DNA of 63,868 nt, filler included, from Octopus bimaculoides (lineage: Eukaryota): assembly GCF_001194135.2 (NCBI RefSeq). It is 6 parts of 5 records of this genome, joined end to end, with 100 filler letters (N's around TTAATTAATTAA, not from the genome) between each part and the next. Parts side by side here need not be neighbours in the genome. Positions count along the whole stretch, not along the records: positions 1 to 10,514 come from NC_068983.1; positions 10,615 to 28,804 come from NC_068982.1; 4 more parts are not named here. The stretch is one strand, 5' to 3'. Made by a program: the position numbers and the translations under genes. Positions 1 through 11,024 of the stretch are shown here, in pieces; position 1 is the first letter of the stretch; the number at the start of each line of letters is the position of its first letter. Under the pieces are notes generated by a model, which was not told the origin of the DNA, searched no databases, and saw only the letters and a program-made list of their open reading frames with translations.

Positions 1-665
1 GTGGTGGTGGTGGTGGTGGTGGTGGTGGTGGTTGCCGATGCTCGTGTGTCGTCCTCGGATAGTGAGGATAAGAAGGATGAATCAGAAATAATATACTACG
101 TGATAAAAAATAAAAAAAAGGAAGAAAGTGTAGAATAGAATAAACGCTCGTGGGTGTATATGTATATGTGTGTGTGTGTGTGAGAGAGAGAGGGGGAGGG
201 GAGAAGGTGAGGGAAGGCGGAGTTGTTGGAACTAGATTCAGGAAGATGTTACAATATTATAACAAGATTAATACGGAGATTAAACAGCAGCAGAAGAGTC
301 TTCGAGTTAAAATGAAGTTTCATTTCTGAGCATGCGCACACACACGCAGCATATATGTATGTGTGTGTGTGTGTCTGTATGTATGTATGTGTGTGTGTGA
401 GAGAGAGAGTGTATAAGTATGTACATGTGTATATGTGTGTGTAGGTGTGTGTGTAGGTGTGTGTACGTGTGTGTACACACACATACATGTGATTTATACT
501 TGTTTCTCTCATTAGAAAGCGACGCTAGTACTCATTTGTTTTTAAGCTTGATACTTTTACGCAGAAGCTACGAGGACAAAAACAAACAAATGCCGGTTGT
601 CTCAAACAGCGGACTGGGACAAACAGAAGCACAAATACACACATCGATCAATCTGTCTATCTATC

Positions 666-716
<51 letters not shown>

Positions 717-907
717 CGAATAGATACACAGCCAACAACTGATGAAGGGTCGTTCTTTGTGTTACTTGTCCTGTTTTCCATTTCTTTTCTCTCGTTGTTT
801 GCTGTTGGTAACGTCCTATACCGAAGGAGTGCGTAGCAAAGACAATGAATTTTCCACAACCGAAGTTCAGCTTGCCCGGGGCGCCAGCAATCCTAGGGCC
901 GGCCCTG

Positions 908-962
<55 letters not shown>

Positions 963-1035
963 NNNNNNNNNNNNNNNNNNNNNNNNNNNNNNNNNNNNNN
1001 NNNNNNNNNNNNNNNNNNNNNNNNNNNNNNNNNNN

Positions 1036-1118
<83 letters not shown>

Positions 1119-1549
1119 ATGTATTACATTGAAAGTCAGTTTGAATTTTGCTTGCTTGCATGCTGTGTTACCCAGCCAGACTGGCACATAATGGGAAAAT
1201 ACTATGCATTAGGTTTACCCTGAAATGTTAATATGAACGGAATAAAACAAGCTTTGCGTAAATCGGATAAGTAGTTTTAAAGATATTAGAGGTTTTCGAA
1301 TGGGAAAATATTCCAAAAATAATCTTCATTCTGAAATGGAAGAAACTCCTATCTTTCCATTAGACACACTGACTTGACAACGAAAAAATACGAGTCTTTT
1401 TTTTTCAGTAAATGTTTCTATTTTCGCTTTTGTTAAACACAATATTCTAGCCATTTAGAAATATTTTTAAGTGAATGTGATTTCAAAAATGTAATTTGTT
1501 TGTACAGTAAGTATTTATCTTTTAGCTTTTCTTTAAACAGAAATCATAA

Positions 1550-1690
1550 GACAGCTTTCTTTCAGTTTCCGGCTACCAAATCCATTCCCAAGATTTTGAT
1601 TGGCTTTGTCTTATAGTGGAAAGCATTTACCCAAGATATCACGTATTGGAACTGAACCCGAAACCATCTTTGGGAAATAAACTTCTTACA
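1550..1690 (-). mobile_element. SINE family A, degenerate 5' half
   Basis: Diverged match to family A body (ctttcagtttccggctaccaaatcc...actgaacccgaaacc) seen intact at 31695-32100. Confidence 0.7.
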
Positions 1691-1952
1691 ATAGATGTCA
1701 AAGGTTATACAGGGAGCTATCTTTTATGCTAATGCATCCTTCCTGTAACATGCTTCTTACAAAAAAGTTCGTCCTTTGATTGGAGACAACTTTCACAACG
1801 TCATTGCTCTGAATATCTATAATATATTTTCGACTATCTAATAACTACGTTTTAGTTGCCTGTATGTTGCCCTGCTATCCTTGAACAGATTAACTAATCT
1901 GGATAAAATAATGTAAGAATAAATCGTATATTTAAACGGTGAATTGAAGAAG

Positions 1953-2553
1953 TTATTACCTCCGGCTTAGCTAAGGTGGAGGTATTGATTTCAGTCGTGT
2001 TTGTTTATTTGTTTGTTTGTCCGTGGACAAGATATCTCAAGAATCGCAGGAGAGATTCGGATGAAACTTTCAGAGATGTTTGGCCTCGTGACTGGCACGG
2101 ACTGGTTAGATTTTGGGATCGATCCGGTACCGGACAAGGATTCTGGATTATTTGTTATATTTACTTTATTTGATTACGATCTTACGTTCACTTTCAAGTC
2201 TTTCTTAATTATCTCCCTTTAGGATATAACTATTTTGAATGGTGAATTTGTTAACTTTGGCTTATATTAGATAAGGATAAACTATTTATTACTATTACTA
2301 AATTTTCTACATCCACCTTCACATTCCATGACTACCATTGGGATCAATCAGGTACCGGACAAGGATTCTAGATTATTTTTCCGGGTATTTTTTTCACTTA
2401 ATTTTTGAGAGCAGTCGGGTTCACTTTTAGTATTCTGGTTTGTGAGAGCAGTCGAGTTTATTTCTGACATTCTCATTTTAAAAATCATCTCCGGCTAAAC
2501 TTTGAGAGGACGTTGATGTTGTTTTGGCAGAGGTTTGCGCTCTTTGAGTGCTC

Positions 2554-2558
<5 letters not shown>
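1953..2558 (+). mobile_element. Helentron/DINE-1-type non-autonomous element (HINE-like)
   Basis: 5' TTATTACCTCC..GGAGGT palindrome, internal (TTTG)n, 3' sub-terminal GGCAGAGGT followed by hairpin GCGCTC-TTT-GAGTGC, T-rich ends. Confidence 0.7.
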
Positions 2559-2621
<63 letters not shown>

Positions 2622-2622
2622 G

Positions 2623-3247
2623 TTCAGTAGTTTTATTTTTATAACGTGCTTTCACTTCACTACCGAGCGCAGCTCTGTGCGCCTTGGGTATGTGCTGTGG
2701 TTTGCTGTGATGCTTTTATGGTTACTGTATTGAAAGTGTTTTGCGTTGGATGTGTGCAGTGCCCAGTAGTGCAATTTTCTGTATGTTATATATATTTGTA
2801 AGTCCTGATGTTTTTGTTATGTATTTGTCTGAATATTTTTTTATTATACCTAAGGTACCTACTATGATAGGAATTGTTTNNNNNNNNNNNNNNNNNNNNN
2901 NNNNNNNNNNNNNNNNNNNNNNNNNNNNNNNNNNNNNNNNNNNNNNNNNNNNNNNNNNNNNNNNNNNNNNNNNNNNNNNNNNNNNNNNNNNNCATGATCT
3001 TTGACAACTATATCTGGTCTATTTGCCTTAATTTCTCTATCTGTGTGTATTGGCATATCCCAGAGTATGGTTGCTTTCTCGTTTTCTGTGACCTTTTCTG
3101 GCGTGTGTTTATACCATCTTTTTTCTGTTGTTATTCCATAGTGTTGGCATAGCTTCCAGTGTATATAGGTCCCAGCTCTGTCGTGTCTGTGAATATATTC
3201 CTTCTTAGCCAGGACTGGGTAGCCAGAGATAATATGATCTATTGTTT
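2623..3247 (-). mobile_element. R4/Dong-like non-LTR retrotransposon 3' fragment (subfamily 1, restriction-like endonuclease domain)
   Basis: Minus-strand translation TIDHIISG..YIHRHD..YIHWKL..ILWDMPIHTDREIKANRPDIVVKD..IPIIVGTLG; 3' end abuts (TAA)n(CAA)n; contains an N gap. Confidence 0.85.
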
Positions 3248-5142
3248 ACTGGTCATGCTTCAAGAACCCTGTGAAGAATTCTTACAGTTCCAAGCAATGC
3301 TGATTTTTGTAGGTGTTCTACCTTCACACTTGCACTGATCTTTTTTCAACTTCCAAGTGCAACAATTCCTATTGGTATCACGTCTACTCTCTTCATTGAC
3401 CACCGCCATCGTATTTCCCACTTCAAATTGTCATAGTTGTTTATTTTTTCTTCTCCTTTCACATTGATCCTGTTGTCACTGGGGCATGCCATGTCGATTA
3501 TCATACATGTTCTTTCTCTTTTATCCGCCACAACAATGACCGATTTCCGATGTTTGGTCGGGTGATCACACTGGATCATTGCATCCCACAGGATTTTGCA
3601 ATTCTCATTTTCGGTGACTCTTTCTGGAGTTTACTCATATTACGTCTTTGTTCTTTGTAGCTCCCAATGGACCATTCTTGCCACATTGTCATGGCGTCTT
3701 TCGTATTCGCGTTGTGCCAATTTCGGGCATTCGCTAACGACGTGCTATATCGTTTCACCCCTCTCACCACACATTCTACATTTGTCGCTGTCAGTATGTT
3801 GTCTATTCTGCACTTCATATAGTCGGTCCTCAACGCTTGTTCTTGAGCTGCGCATATGAACGTTTCTGTCCCTATCTTCATGGCACTCCTCCTCATCCAT
3901 AGCCACCAGTCATCTATATCTGTCTTGGTGTTCACATCTCTTGCAAATTGACCGTACATTTTCTTTTCCTTCCATACTTTTTCCTTCTTTTTTTTTTTTG
4001 TTCATTTCTTTTACTCTCTTTTACTCTTTTACTTGTTTCAGTCATTTGACTGCGGCCATACTGGAGCACCGCCTTTAGTCGAGCAAATCGATCCCAGGAT
4101 TTATTCTTTGTAAGCCTAGTACTTATTCTATCGTTCTATTTTGCCGAACTGCTGGGTTATGGGAACGTAAACACACCAGCATCGNNNNNNNNNNNNNNNN
4201 NNNNNNNNNNNNNNNNNNNNNNNNNNNNNNNNNNNNNNNNNNNNNNNNNNNNNNNNNNNNNNNNNNNNNNNNNNNNNNNNNNNNNNNNNNNNNNNNNNNN
4301 NNNNNNNNNNNNNNNNNNNNNNNNNNNNNNNNNNNNNNNNNNNNNNNNNNNNNNNNNNNNNNNNNNNNNNNNNNNNNNNNNNNNNNNNNNNNNNNNNNNN
4401 NNNNNNNNNNNNNNNNNNNNNNNNNNNNNNNNNNNNNNNNNNNNNNNNNNNNNNNNATATATATATATATATATATATATATACAAAAACAAATAGTAAA
4501 TGAGTATATGCATATATACGTACAGGTACGTGCATACCGACATCCACCTGTATGTATAGGTGCATATCTGGGTACAGGACATTGCAAACAAACGTAGACG
4601 AGAACACACGAGCCACATAGAGAACATTCTACTTCATCAGCTACCCCCGTTTTAACACCGGCGTTTCGATATATATATATACATATACATATATACGACG
4701 GGCTTCTTTCAGTTTCTGTCTACCAAATCCACTCACAAGGCTTTGGTCGGCCCGAGGCTATAGTAGAAGACACTTGCTCGAGGTGCCACGCAGTGGGATT
4801 GAACCCGGAAACATGTGGTTGACAAGCAAGCTACTTACCACACAGCCACTCCTAAATTTTTCTTTAGTTACACAATTTTCTGTTTATGACGCCGGCCTTC
4901 GTGTGTTTCAACAGTGGCTCCACGGCATTTTTAATATACCACCCTAGGCTGTTTTCCTCTGCTTGGAAAAAATCCTGGCAACTGATTAAACCGCTTCCAC
5001 CCTTTCTTCTGGACAAGTACAGCCTATTGGTGTCATTCTTAGGATGGAATGCTCCGTGTACTGTCAACATCTTTCTGGTCTTGGTATCCATTTTCTTCAC
5101 TTCTCTCTTTTGCCATTTTATAATACCCGCTCCATACAGATA
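3242..5142 (-). mobile_element. R4/Dong-like non-LTR retrotransposon, 5'-truncated (subfamily 2), interrupted by a SINE
   Basis: RLYLSRRKGGSGL (4864-5100), then MYGQF..FICAAQEQAL, ETIYHVVSEC, RRHDNVARMVHWEL, ILWDAMIQCDH, IIDMACP, VIPI..ALG across frameshifts. Confidence 0.85.
4009..4853 (-). mobile_element. SINE family A, full length, nested in LINE, gap at internal microsatellite
   Basis: Head AGGAGTGGCTGTGTGG (A box), GGTTCAATCC (B box), tail CAGTCAAATGACTGAAAC + (GTAAAAGA)n. Confidence 0.9.
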
Positions 5143-5176
5143 TCATTATTATTATTGTTGTTGTTGTTGTTGTTAA

Positions 5177-5225
5177 GGCGGCGAGCTGGCAGAATCGTTA
5201 GCACGCCGAGCGAAATGCTTAGCGG
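5177..5225 (+). mobile_element. SINE family B 5' fragment
   Basis: GGCGGCGAGCTGGCAGAATCGTTAGCACGCC..GAAATGCTTAGCGG matches heads at 49401 and 55741. Confidence 0.8.
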
Positions 5226-5435
5226 CCTAACAAGGCCTAACATTTGCAGGGAAGTGAACGGTTGATTGTAACGACTCCAATATTTGTATGGCACCGTTAT
5301 TTTATCGACCCGGGGGTGGGGTGGGGGATATAGAGCATAAAGTCTACCTCGGTGGGATTTGAACTCGAAATATATACAGAAACGCAACTATTCACTGAAA
5401 GACACTTTTGCCCGGCGCCCTATTGATTTTGGCCA
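5226..5435 (-). mobile_element. SINE family B-related degenerate copy
   Basis: tttatcgacccg and cctcggtgggatttgaactc match the family B core in reverse. Confidence 0.6.
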
Positions 5436-5548
5436 TTCAGGGCACAATAACAGTCGTAATAATGTTTGTCAGTTTCATTTTTTTTATGGGCGTTTCAAAT
5501 TTATATTGGCTGCTCTCTCTCTCTCCCTCTCCCTCTCCCTCTCCTCCC

Positions 5549-5586
<38 letters not shown>

Positions 5587-5898
5587 TGTCACATTCACTC
5601 GCACTCACTCGAACACACGCCCAATTAATCACTCATACACGATGTCATTTGCTCTCACACTCAACTTGATTCGTTCTTTCTTTTACGTGGCACACGTGTC
5701 TCTTTATCCACCTTTCTATCAATATCTACTCTACTGACATTTTTACCGTGTGTAATCCAAGGATTCATCAACAACAGGCTATTTTTGTATGTATGTGTGT
5801 TTATGCGCAGTATTGAGTCATTCCAGGTGCAGATTTGTATGTTTTGTTTTATGAATGTATTCTCATGTATATAGTTGCATGTCCAGGCATGCACATAT

Positions 5899-6506
5899 AC
5901 TCTTTACTCTTTTACTCTTTTATTCGTTTCAATCATTTGACTGCGGCCATGCTGGATCACCTCCTTTAGTCGAGCAAATCGACCCCAGGACTTATTCTTT
6001 GGAAGCCTAGTACTTATTCTATCGGTCTCTTTTGCCGAACCGCTAAGTTACGAGGACGTAAACACACCAGCATCGGTTGTCAAGCGATGTTGGGGGGGAC
6101 AATCACAGACACACAAACACACACACACACACACACANNNNNNNNNNNNNNNNNNNNNNNNNNNNNNNNNNNNNNNNNNNNNNNNNNNNNNNNNNNNNNN
6201 NNNNNNNNNNNNNNNNNNNNNNNNNNNNNNNNNNNNNNNNNNNNNNNNNNNNNNNNNNNNNNNNNNNNNNNNNNNNNNNNNNNNNNNNNNNNNNNNNNNN
6301 NNNNNNNNNNNNNNNNNATATATATATATATACATATATACGACAGGCTTCTTTCAGTTTCCGTCTACTAAATCTACTCACAAGGCTTTGGTCGGCCCGA
6401 GGCTATAGCAGAAGACACTTGCCTAAGGTGTCACACAGTGGGACTGAACCCAGAATCATGTGGTTGGTAAGCAACCTACTTTCCACACAGCCACTCCTGT
6501 GCCTAT
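5899..6506 (-). mobile_element. SINE family A, full length
   Basis: Near-identical to 31695-32100; N gap at the internal CA/TA repeat. Confidence 0.9.
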
Positions 6507-6509
6507 ATA

Positions 6510-6930
6510 TCCCTAAATGCTAAATTTCTGGAAAGTTTCACGAATTTTTACAGTTCCAGAGATGGCTAGAATCTAGTCTTCGAATCAACCTTATCCTTTC
6601 TGGTTTTGAGAAGCCTAATTTCTCAAGATTGGTACTTCGGCGGTGTGCTACACATCATAGTGCCCTAATAATTACAGGTACACACCTGAACTTATAATCT
6701 TGGTACAGCAACTGTGAATTTATCAATAGTTCAGCATAGGTATTCTCTTCTTCGCTGATCTTCAGCTTTATGTAAACATCCGCTGGGCAGCTAATTTCCA
6801 CTACTGTACAGCTTCTTTTCTCTATCCAAATCTCTATCTCTGGCCTCTTATGTTTACATTTTATAGACGATTTCACTGGGGCATTCCACCAATGCTCCTT
6901 TTATTATGAGTGGCTATGGCCTCTACCATA
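6510..6930 (-). mobile_element. R2/R4-superfamily LINE C-terminal RLE fragment (third family)
   Basis: WWNAPVKSSIKCKHKRPEI.IW....CTVVEISCPAD...EEENTYAEL...LLYQDYKFRCVPVIIRAL. Confidence 0.75.
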
Positions 6931-6989
6931 CTGTGGGGTTTTATTTCTTTGACCTCAGGATTATCCTTACGACGGATCTCATTATATAA

Positions 6990-7352
6990 TGTCTTATGTA
7001 TGTATGTATGTATGTATGTATGTGTGTGTATGTATTATGTATGTATGCATGTATGTATGTGTGTGTATGTATGTATGTATGTGTGTATGTATGTATTTAT
7101 ACATGCGTGTATGTATGCATGCATGCATGTATGTATGTATGTATGTATGTATGTATACATGCATGCATGTATGTATGTATGCATGTATGTATGTGTGTAT
7201 GTATGTATGTATGTATGTATACATGCATGTATGTATGCATGCATGTATGCATGCATGTATGTGTGTGCGTACGTATGTATGTATGTATGTATGTATGTAT
7301 GTATGTATGTATGCGTGTATGTATGTATGTATGTATGTATGTATGTATGTAT
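6990..7352. repeat. (TATG)/(TGCA) compound tetranucleotide microsatellite
   Basis: Direct reading; source of the MYVC/HTYI ORFs. Confidence 0.95.
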
Positions 7353-7999
7353 GCCTGCCATTTGTTCANNNNNNNNNNNNNNNNNNNNNNNNNNNNNNNN
7401 NNNNNNNNNNNNNNNNNNNNNNNNNNNNNNNNNNNNNNNNNNNNNNNNNNNNNNNNNNNNNNNNNNNNNNNNNNNNNNNNNNNNNNNNNNNNNNNNNNNN
7501 NNNNNNNNNNNNNNNNNNNNNNNNNNNNNNNNNNNNNNNNNNNNNNNNNNNNNNNNNNNNNNNNNNNNNNNNNNNNNNNNNNNNNNNNNNNNNNNNNNNN
7601 NNNNNNNNNNNNNNNNNNNNNNNNNNNNNNNNNNNNNNNNNNNNNNNNNNNNNNNNNNNNNNNNNNNNNNNNNNNNNNNNNNNNNNNNNNNNNNNNNNNN
7701 NNNNNNNNNNNNNNNNNNNNNNNNNNNNNNNNNNNNNNNNNNNNNNNNNNNNNNNNNNNNNNNNNNNNNNNNNNNNNNNNNNNNNNNNNNNNNNNNNNNN
7801 NNNNNNNNNNNNNNNNNNNNNNNNNNNNNNNNNNNNNNNNNNNNNNNNNNNNNNNNNNNNNNNNNNNNNNNNNNNNNNNNNNNNNNNNNNNNNNNNNNNN
7901 NNNNNNNNNNNNNNNNNNNNNNNNNNNNNNNNNNNNNNNNNNNNNNNNNNNNNNNNNNNNNNNNNNNNNNNNNNNNNNNNNNNNNNNNNNNNNNNNNNN

Positions 8000-8159
8000 T
8001 ATATACGACGGGTTTCTTTCAGTTTCCGCCTGCCAAATCTACACACAACCTGAAGCTATAGTAGGAGATACTTGCCCAAGGTGCTACCCAGTGGGACTGA
8101 ACCCGGAACAATGTGATTGGGAAGCAAACTTCTTACCACACAACCACTTCTGTGCCTAC
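8000..8159 (-). mobile_element. SINE family A 5' half
   Basis: tacgacgggtttctttcagtttccg...gggactgaacccggaac...cacacaaccact. Confidence 0.85.
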
Positions 8160-8418
8160 ACACACGCGCGCACACACACAATAAATATATGTATGTGTTA
8201 GAGCGAGTTTCTTTCATACATACACACACTCACATATACATGCTTCCATCCATACAGGTGTGCATACATATACATACATATATACATACATATATACATA
8301 CATACATACATACATACATACATACATACATACATACATACAAATACGCACATCCAGATGTTTGCGCATGAGAGACAGTGTCTGTACAAAAATATACTTT
8401 TTAAAAAACGGAAAGAAG

Positions 8419-9074
8419 GGATCTATTTCAAAACGGGGGCACCAGTTTTCATTTATGTTTTATGTAGTGTTTTTGGTACCGAAAGACTTTCAAACTTCAT
8501 ATACTTATCTATTTTGTGTTATAGAACAGAAAAAAATGTTTGTATTCGAATTTATTTAATGTAAACAATTGTCTTATTTCGATAATTTCTACTAATCACT
8601 GACGTCCATTCAGTTGAAAACAGTTAGCGCTGTAACGGTGTATATCGTATTAATCCCCTAACCCTAACCCTAACCCTAACTAGACTGTTAACCCTAACCC
8701 TAAAACTAACCCTAACTCTAGAATCCGAACTCTAAAATTGTTACACACATAGATACGCACAGCGTAATTTATTATATAAACAATATATGCGTATAAATTA
8801 CGATTAAACCGGATGAAATATGTCACAGGGAATAACATTTTTATGACCGACCAGCAGTAACTCTATTCAGCTGAATAGACGTCAGTGATTGGTTGAAATT
8901 ACAGAAATACGACAACTTTCACATGGAATAACCTTGCGATGTACGGTTTTTGTTAAGAAGACTAAGAGTAAAAGATGTTTTATATGACACATTCTACCAG
9001 TGTCCCAAGTTTCAAAGTGTTTCGTTAGTGTTTCGTTAAGAAAATACTGGTGCCCCCCGTTTTGAAATAGATCC
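8419..9074. mobile_element. hAT-type MITE with TIRs and 8-bp TSD
   Basis: TIR GGATCTATTTCAAAACGGGGGCACCAGT / ACTGGTGCCCCCCGTTTTGAAATAGATCC; TSD GAAAGAAG at 8411-8418 and 9075-9082; internal (CCCTAA)n. Confidence 0.9.
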
Positions 9075-9616
9075 GAAAGAAGAAATGCGTACGTATGTAT
9101 GAATGCATGTAATTACGTCCTCCATTTTTCTTTTCATATTTCTGCGGTCGAGGAAATAAATACCAACAGTCAAATGATAATCAATTAAATCATCAACATG
9201 ATTTGCACCGTTGTACTTTGGTTAAAATTCCTTATTGTTTTTTTTTTTTTATTTACAGATCGACGAAACGGTAGAATCTGTACAACGCGACAATAAATAC
9301 TCTGCAGTGGTTCAGTTATGTCCCTTTATGTTCCGCATTCAAGTACTGCCAGACTTTGGTTTTATCTTTTAATGTACAAGAGTCAGATAAATAAATGAAA
9401 ATGAAGCATTAGCTTCGATTTCATTGACTATGAAATCTACCATAATCTGTGACGCTCTGCTAAATTTTGAGATATTAATTCTAACCCAGGGCCGACCAAA
9501 GCCTTGTGAATGGATTTGATAGACACACACACGCGCGCATGCAAATACACACACAGACACATACATATATAGTTATAGTATATTCTGTTAAAAACGTAGT
9601 AGAGTACAATATAAGT

Positions 9617-9776
9617 ACATTATTTACATTATTTGCATTATTTACATTCGACGGATATTTGTCCTCATCTTGTTTGTTGTTAACACAACGTTTCGGCTGA
9701 TATACCCTCCAGCCTTCTTCAGGTGTCTTGGGGAAATTTCGAACCTGAGTTCTCATTCCTAAAGTATTTTTCGATG

Positions 9777-9836
<60 letters not shown>

Positions 9837-9908
9837 GTGTTCAGGTCACTGCTTGGAATCGAACTCGAAATCTTGGGGTTAGTAGCCCGCGCTCTTAACC
9901 ACTACGCC
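9617..9908 (-). mobile_element. tRNA-headed SINE-like element with internal (TAA)n and a hammerhead ribozyme motif
   Basis: Head GGCGTAGTGG (A box) and GAGTTCGATTCC (B box, 9855-9866), (TAA)n, HHR at 9682-9727, tail of GTAAATAAT-like repeats. Confidence 0.75.
9682..9727 (-). ncRNA. Minimal type I hammerhead ribozyme motif
   Basis: GACAC-CTGAAGA-A-GGCTG(10 nt loop)CAGCC-GAAAC-GTT-GTGTT: helix I GACAC/GTGTT, helix II GGCTG/CAGCC, palindromic AACGTT helix III; one extra A after the core. Confidence 0.75.
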
Positions 9909-9998
9909 TAGTACTTCAGATTTCATCCTGTGCTATCCAGTATTATACGTACTTCCAGGTTTGCGTTTGGACATCTGTCGGGTGTGAATAGATAAATG

Positions 9999-10399
9999 AA
10001 AAAATTGGAGTCAACAGGAAGGGGTACGGTTGAACATTTATTTTTTGAATCACTACAATTGTTTCTACGCAACGTAGTTCACCAGGCGTGCAGGCATTTG
10101 ATTATGCAACCGTTTCCCTGCATTATGAGATCTAATTGTGTTTCCTCAGGCAATATGTACATATTGTCTCTGTAAGTTCAAATTTTAGGCTTCAAGAACA
10201 TCTTCTCTACCTGTCGTGGCCTGTTCAGGCCATGACAATATTTACATATCACCTGAGAAAACACAACTAGATCTCATAATGCAGGGAAACGGTTGCATAA
10301 TCAAGTACCTGCACGCCTAGACAACTACGTTGCGTAGAAACAATTGTAGTGATTGAAAATAAATGTCCAACCGTACTCCTTGTTGAATCCAAATTTTTT
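9999..10399. repeat. Fold-back palindrome (about 170-bp arms) with two divergent HHR-like motifs
   Basis: Arms 9999-10168 and 10234-10399 are reverse complements with few mismatches; each has CTGAG(G/A)A...GAAAC-AATT-GTA-GTGATT. Confidence 0.85.
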
Positions 10400-10401
10400 C
10401 G

Positions 10402-10492
<91 letters not shown>

Positions 10493-10558
10493 TTGCGTGT
10501 GTGTGTGTATGTGTNNNNNNNNNNNNNNNNNNNNNNNNNNNNNNNNNNNNNNNNNNNN

Positions 10559-10570
10559 TTAATTAATTAA
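10559..10570. other. Synthetic contig linker
   Basis: TTAATTAATTAA flanked by exactly 44 N each side; stops in all six frames; repeated at 28849, 39925, 54854, 61893. Confidence 0.9.
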
Positions 10571-10614
10571 NNNNNNNNNNNNNNNNNNNNNNNNNNNNNN
10601 NNNNNNNNNNNNNN

Positions 10615-10978
10615 TACGACGTCGAGGGTTCCAGTTGAACCGATCAACGGAACAGCCTGCTCGTGAAATTAACGTGCAAGTGGCTGAGCACTGCACAGAC
10701 ACGTGTACCCTTAATGTAGTTCTCGGGTATATTCAGCGTGACACAGTGTGACAAGGCTGACCCTTTGAATTACAGGTACATCAGAAACAGGAAGTAAGAG
10801 TGAGAGAAAGTTTTGGTGAAAGAGTACAGCAGGGTTCGCCACCATCCCCTGCCGGAGCCTCGTGGAGCTTTAGGTGTTTTCGCTCAATAAACACTCACAA
10901 CGCCCGGTCTGAGAATCGAAACCGCGATCCTATGACCATGAGTCCGCTGCCCTAACTACTGGTCCATTGCGCCTCCAC
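10615..10978 (-). mobile_element. SINE family D (tRNA head), 3' end cut by contig edge
   Basis: Head GTGGAGGCGCAATGGACCAGTAGTTAGG..GGTTTCGATTC; near-identical to 57661-58042. Confidence 0.9.
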
Positions 10979-11024
10979 ACATGCATACATACATACATAC
11001 ATACATGCATACATACATACATAC

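Noticed and set aside
830-908. CAGGGCCGGCCCTAGG.. possible DNA-transposon terminus on minus strand
   Set aside because: Only one end visible; no partner TIR or TSD
8656-8720. True telomere or chromosome-fusion scar
   Set aside because: Short, degenerate and inside a MITE present twice
9840-9908. True tRNA gene (also the other SINE heads)
   Set aside because: A and B boxes are present but no complete acceptor stem, and each continues into a repeat body
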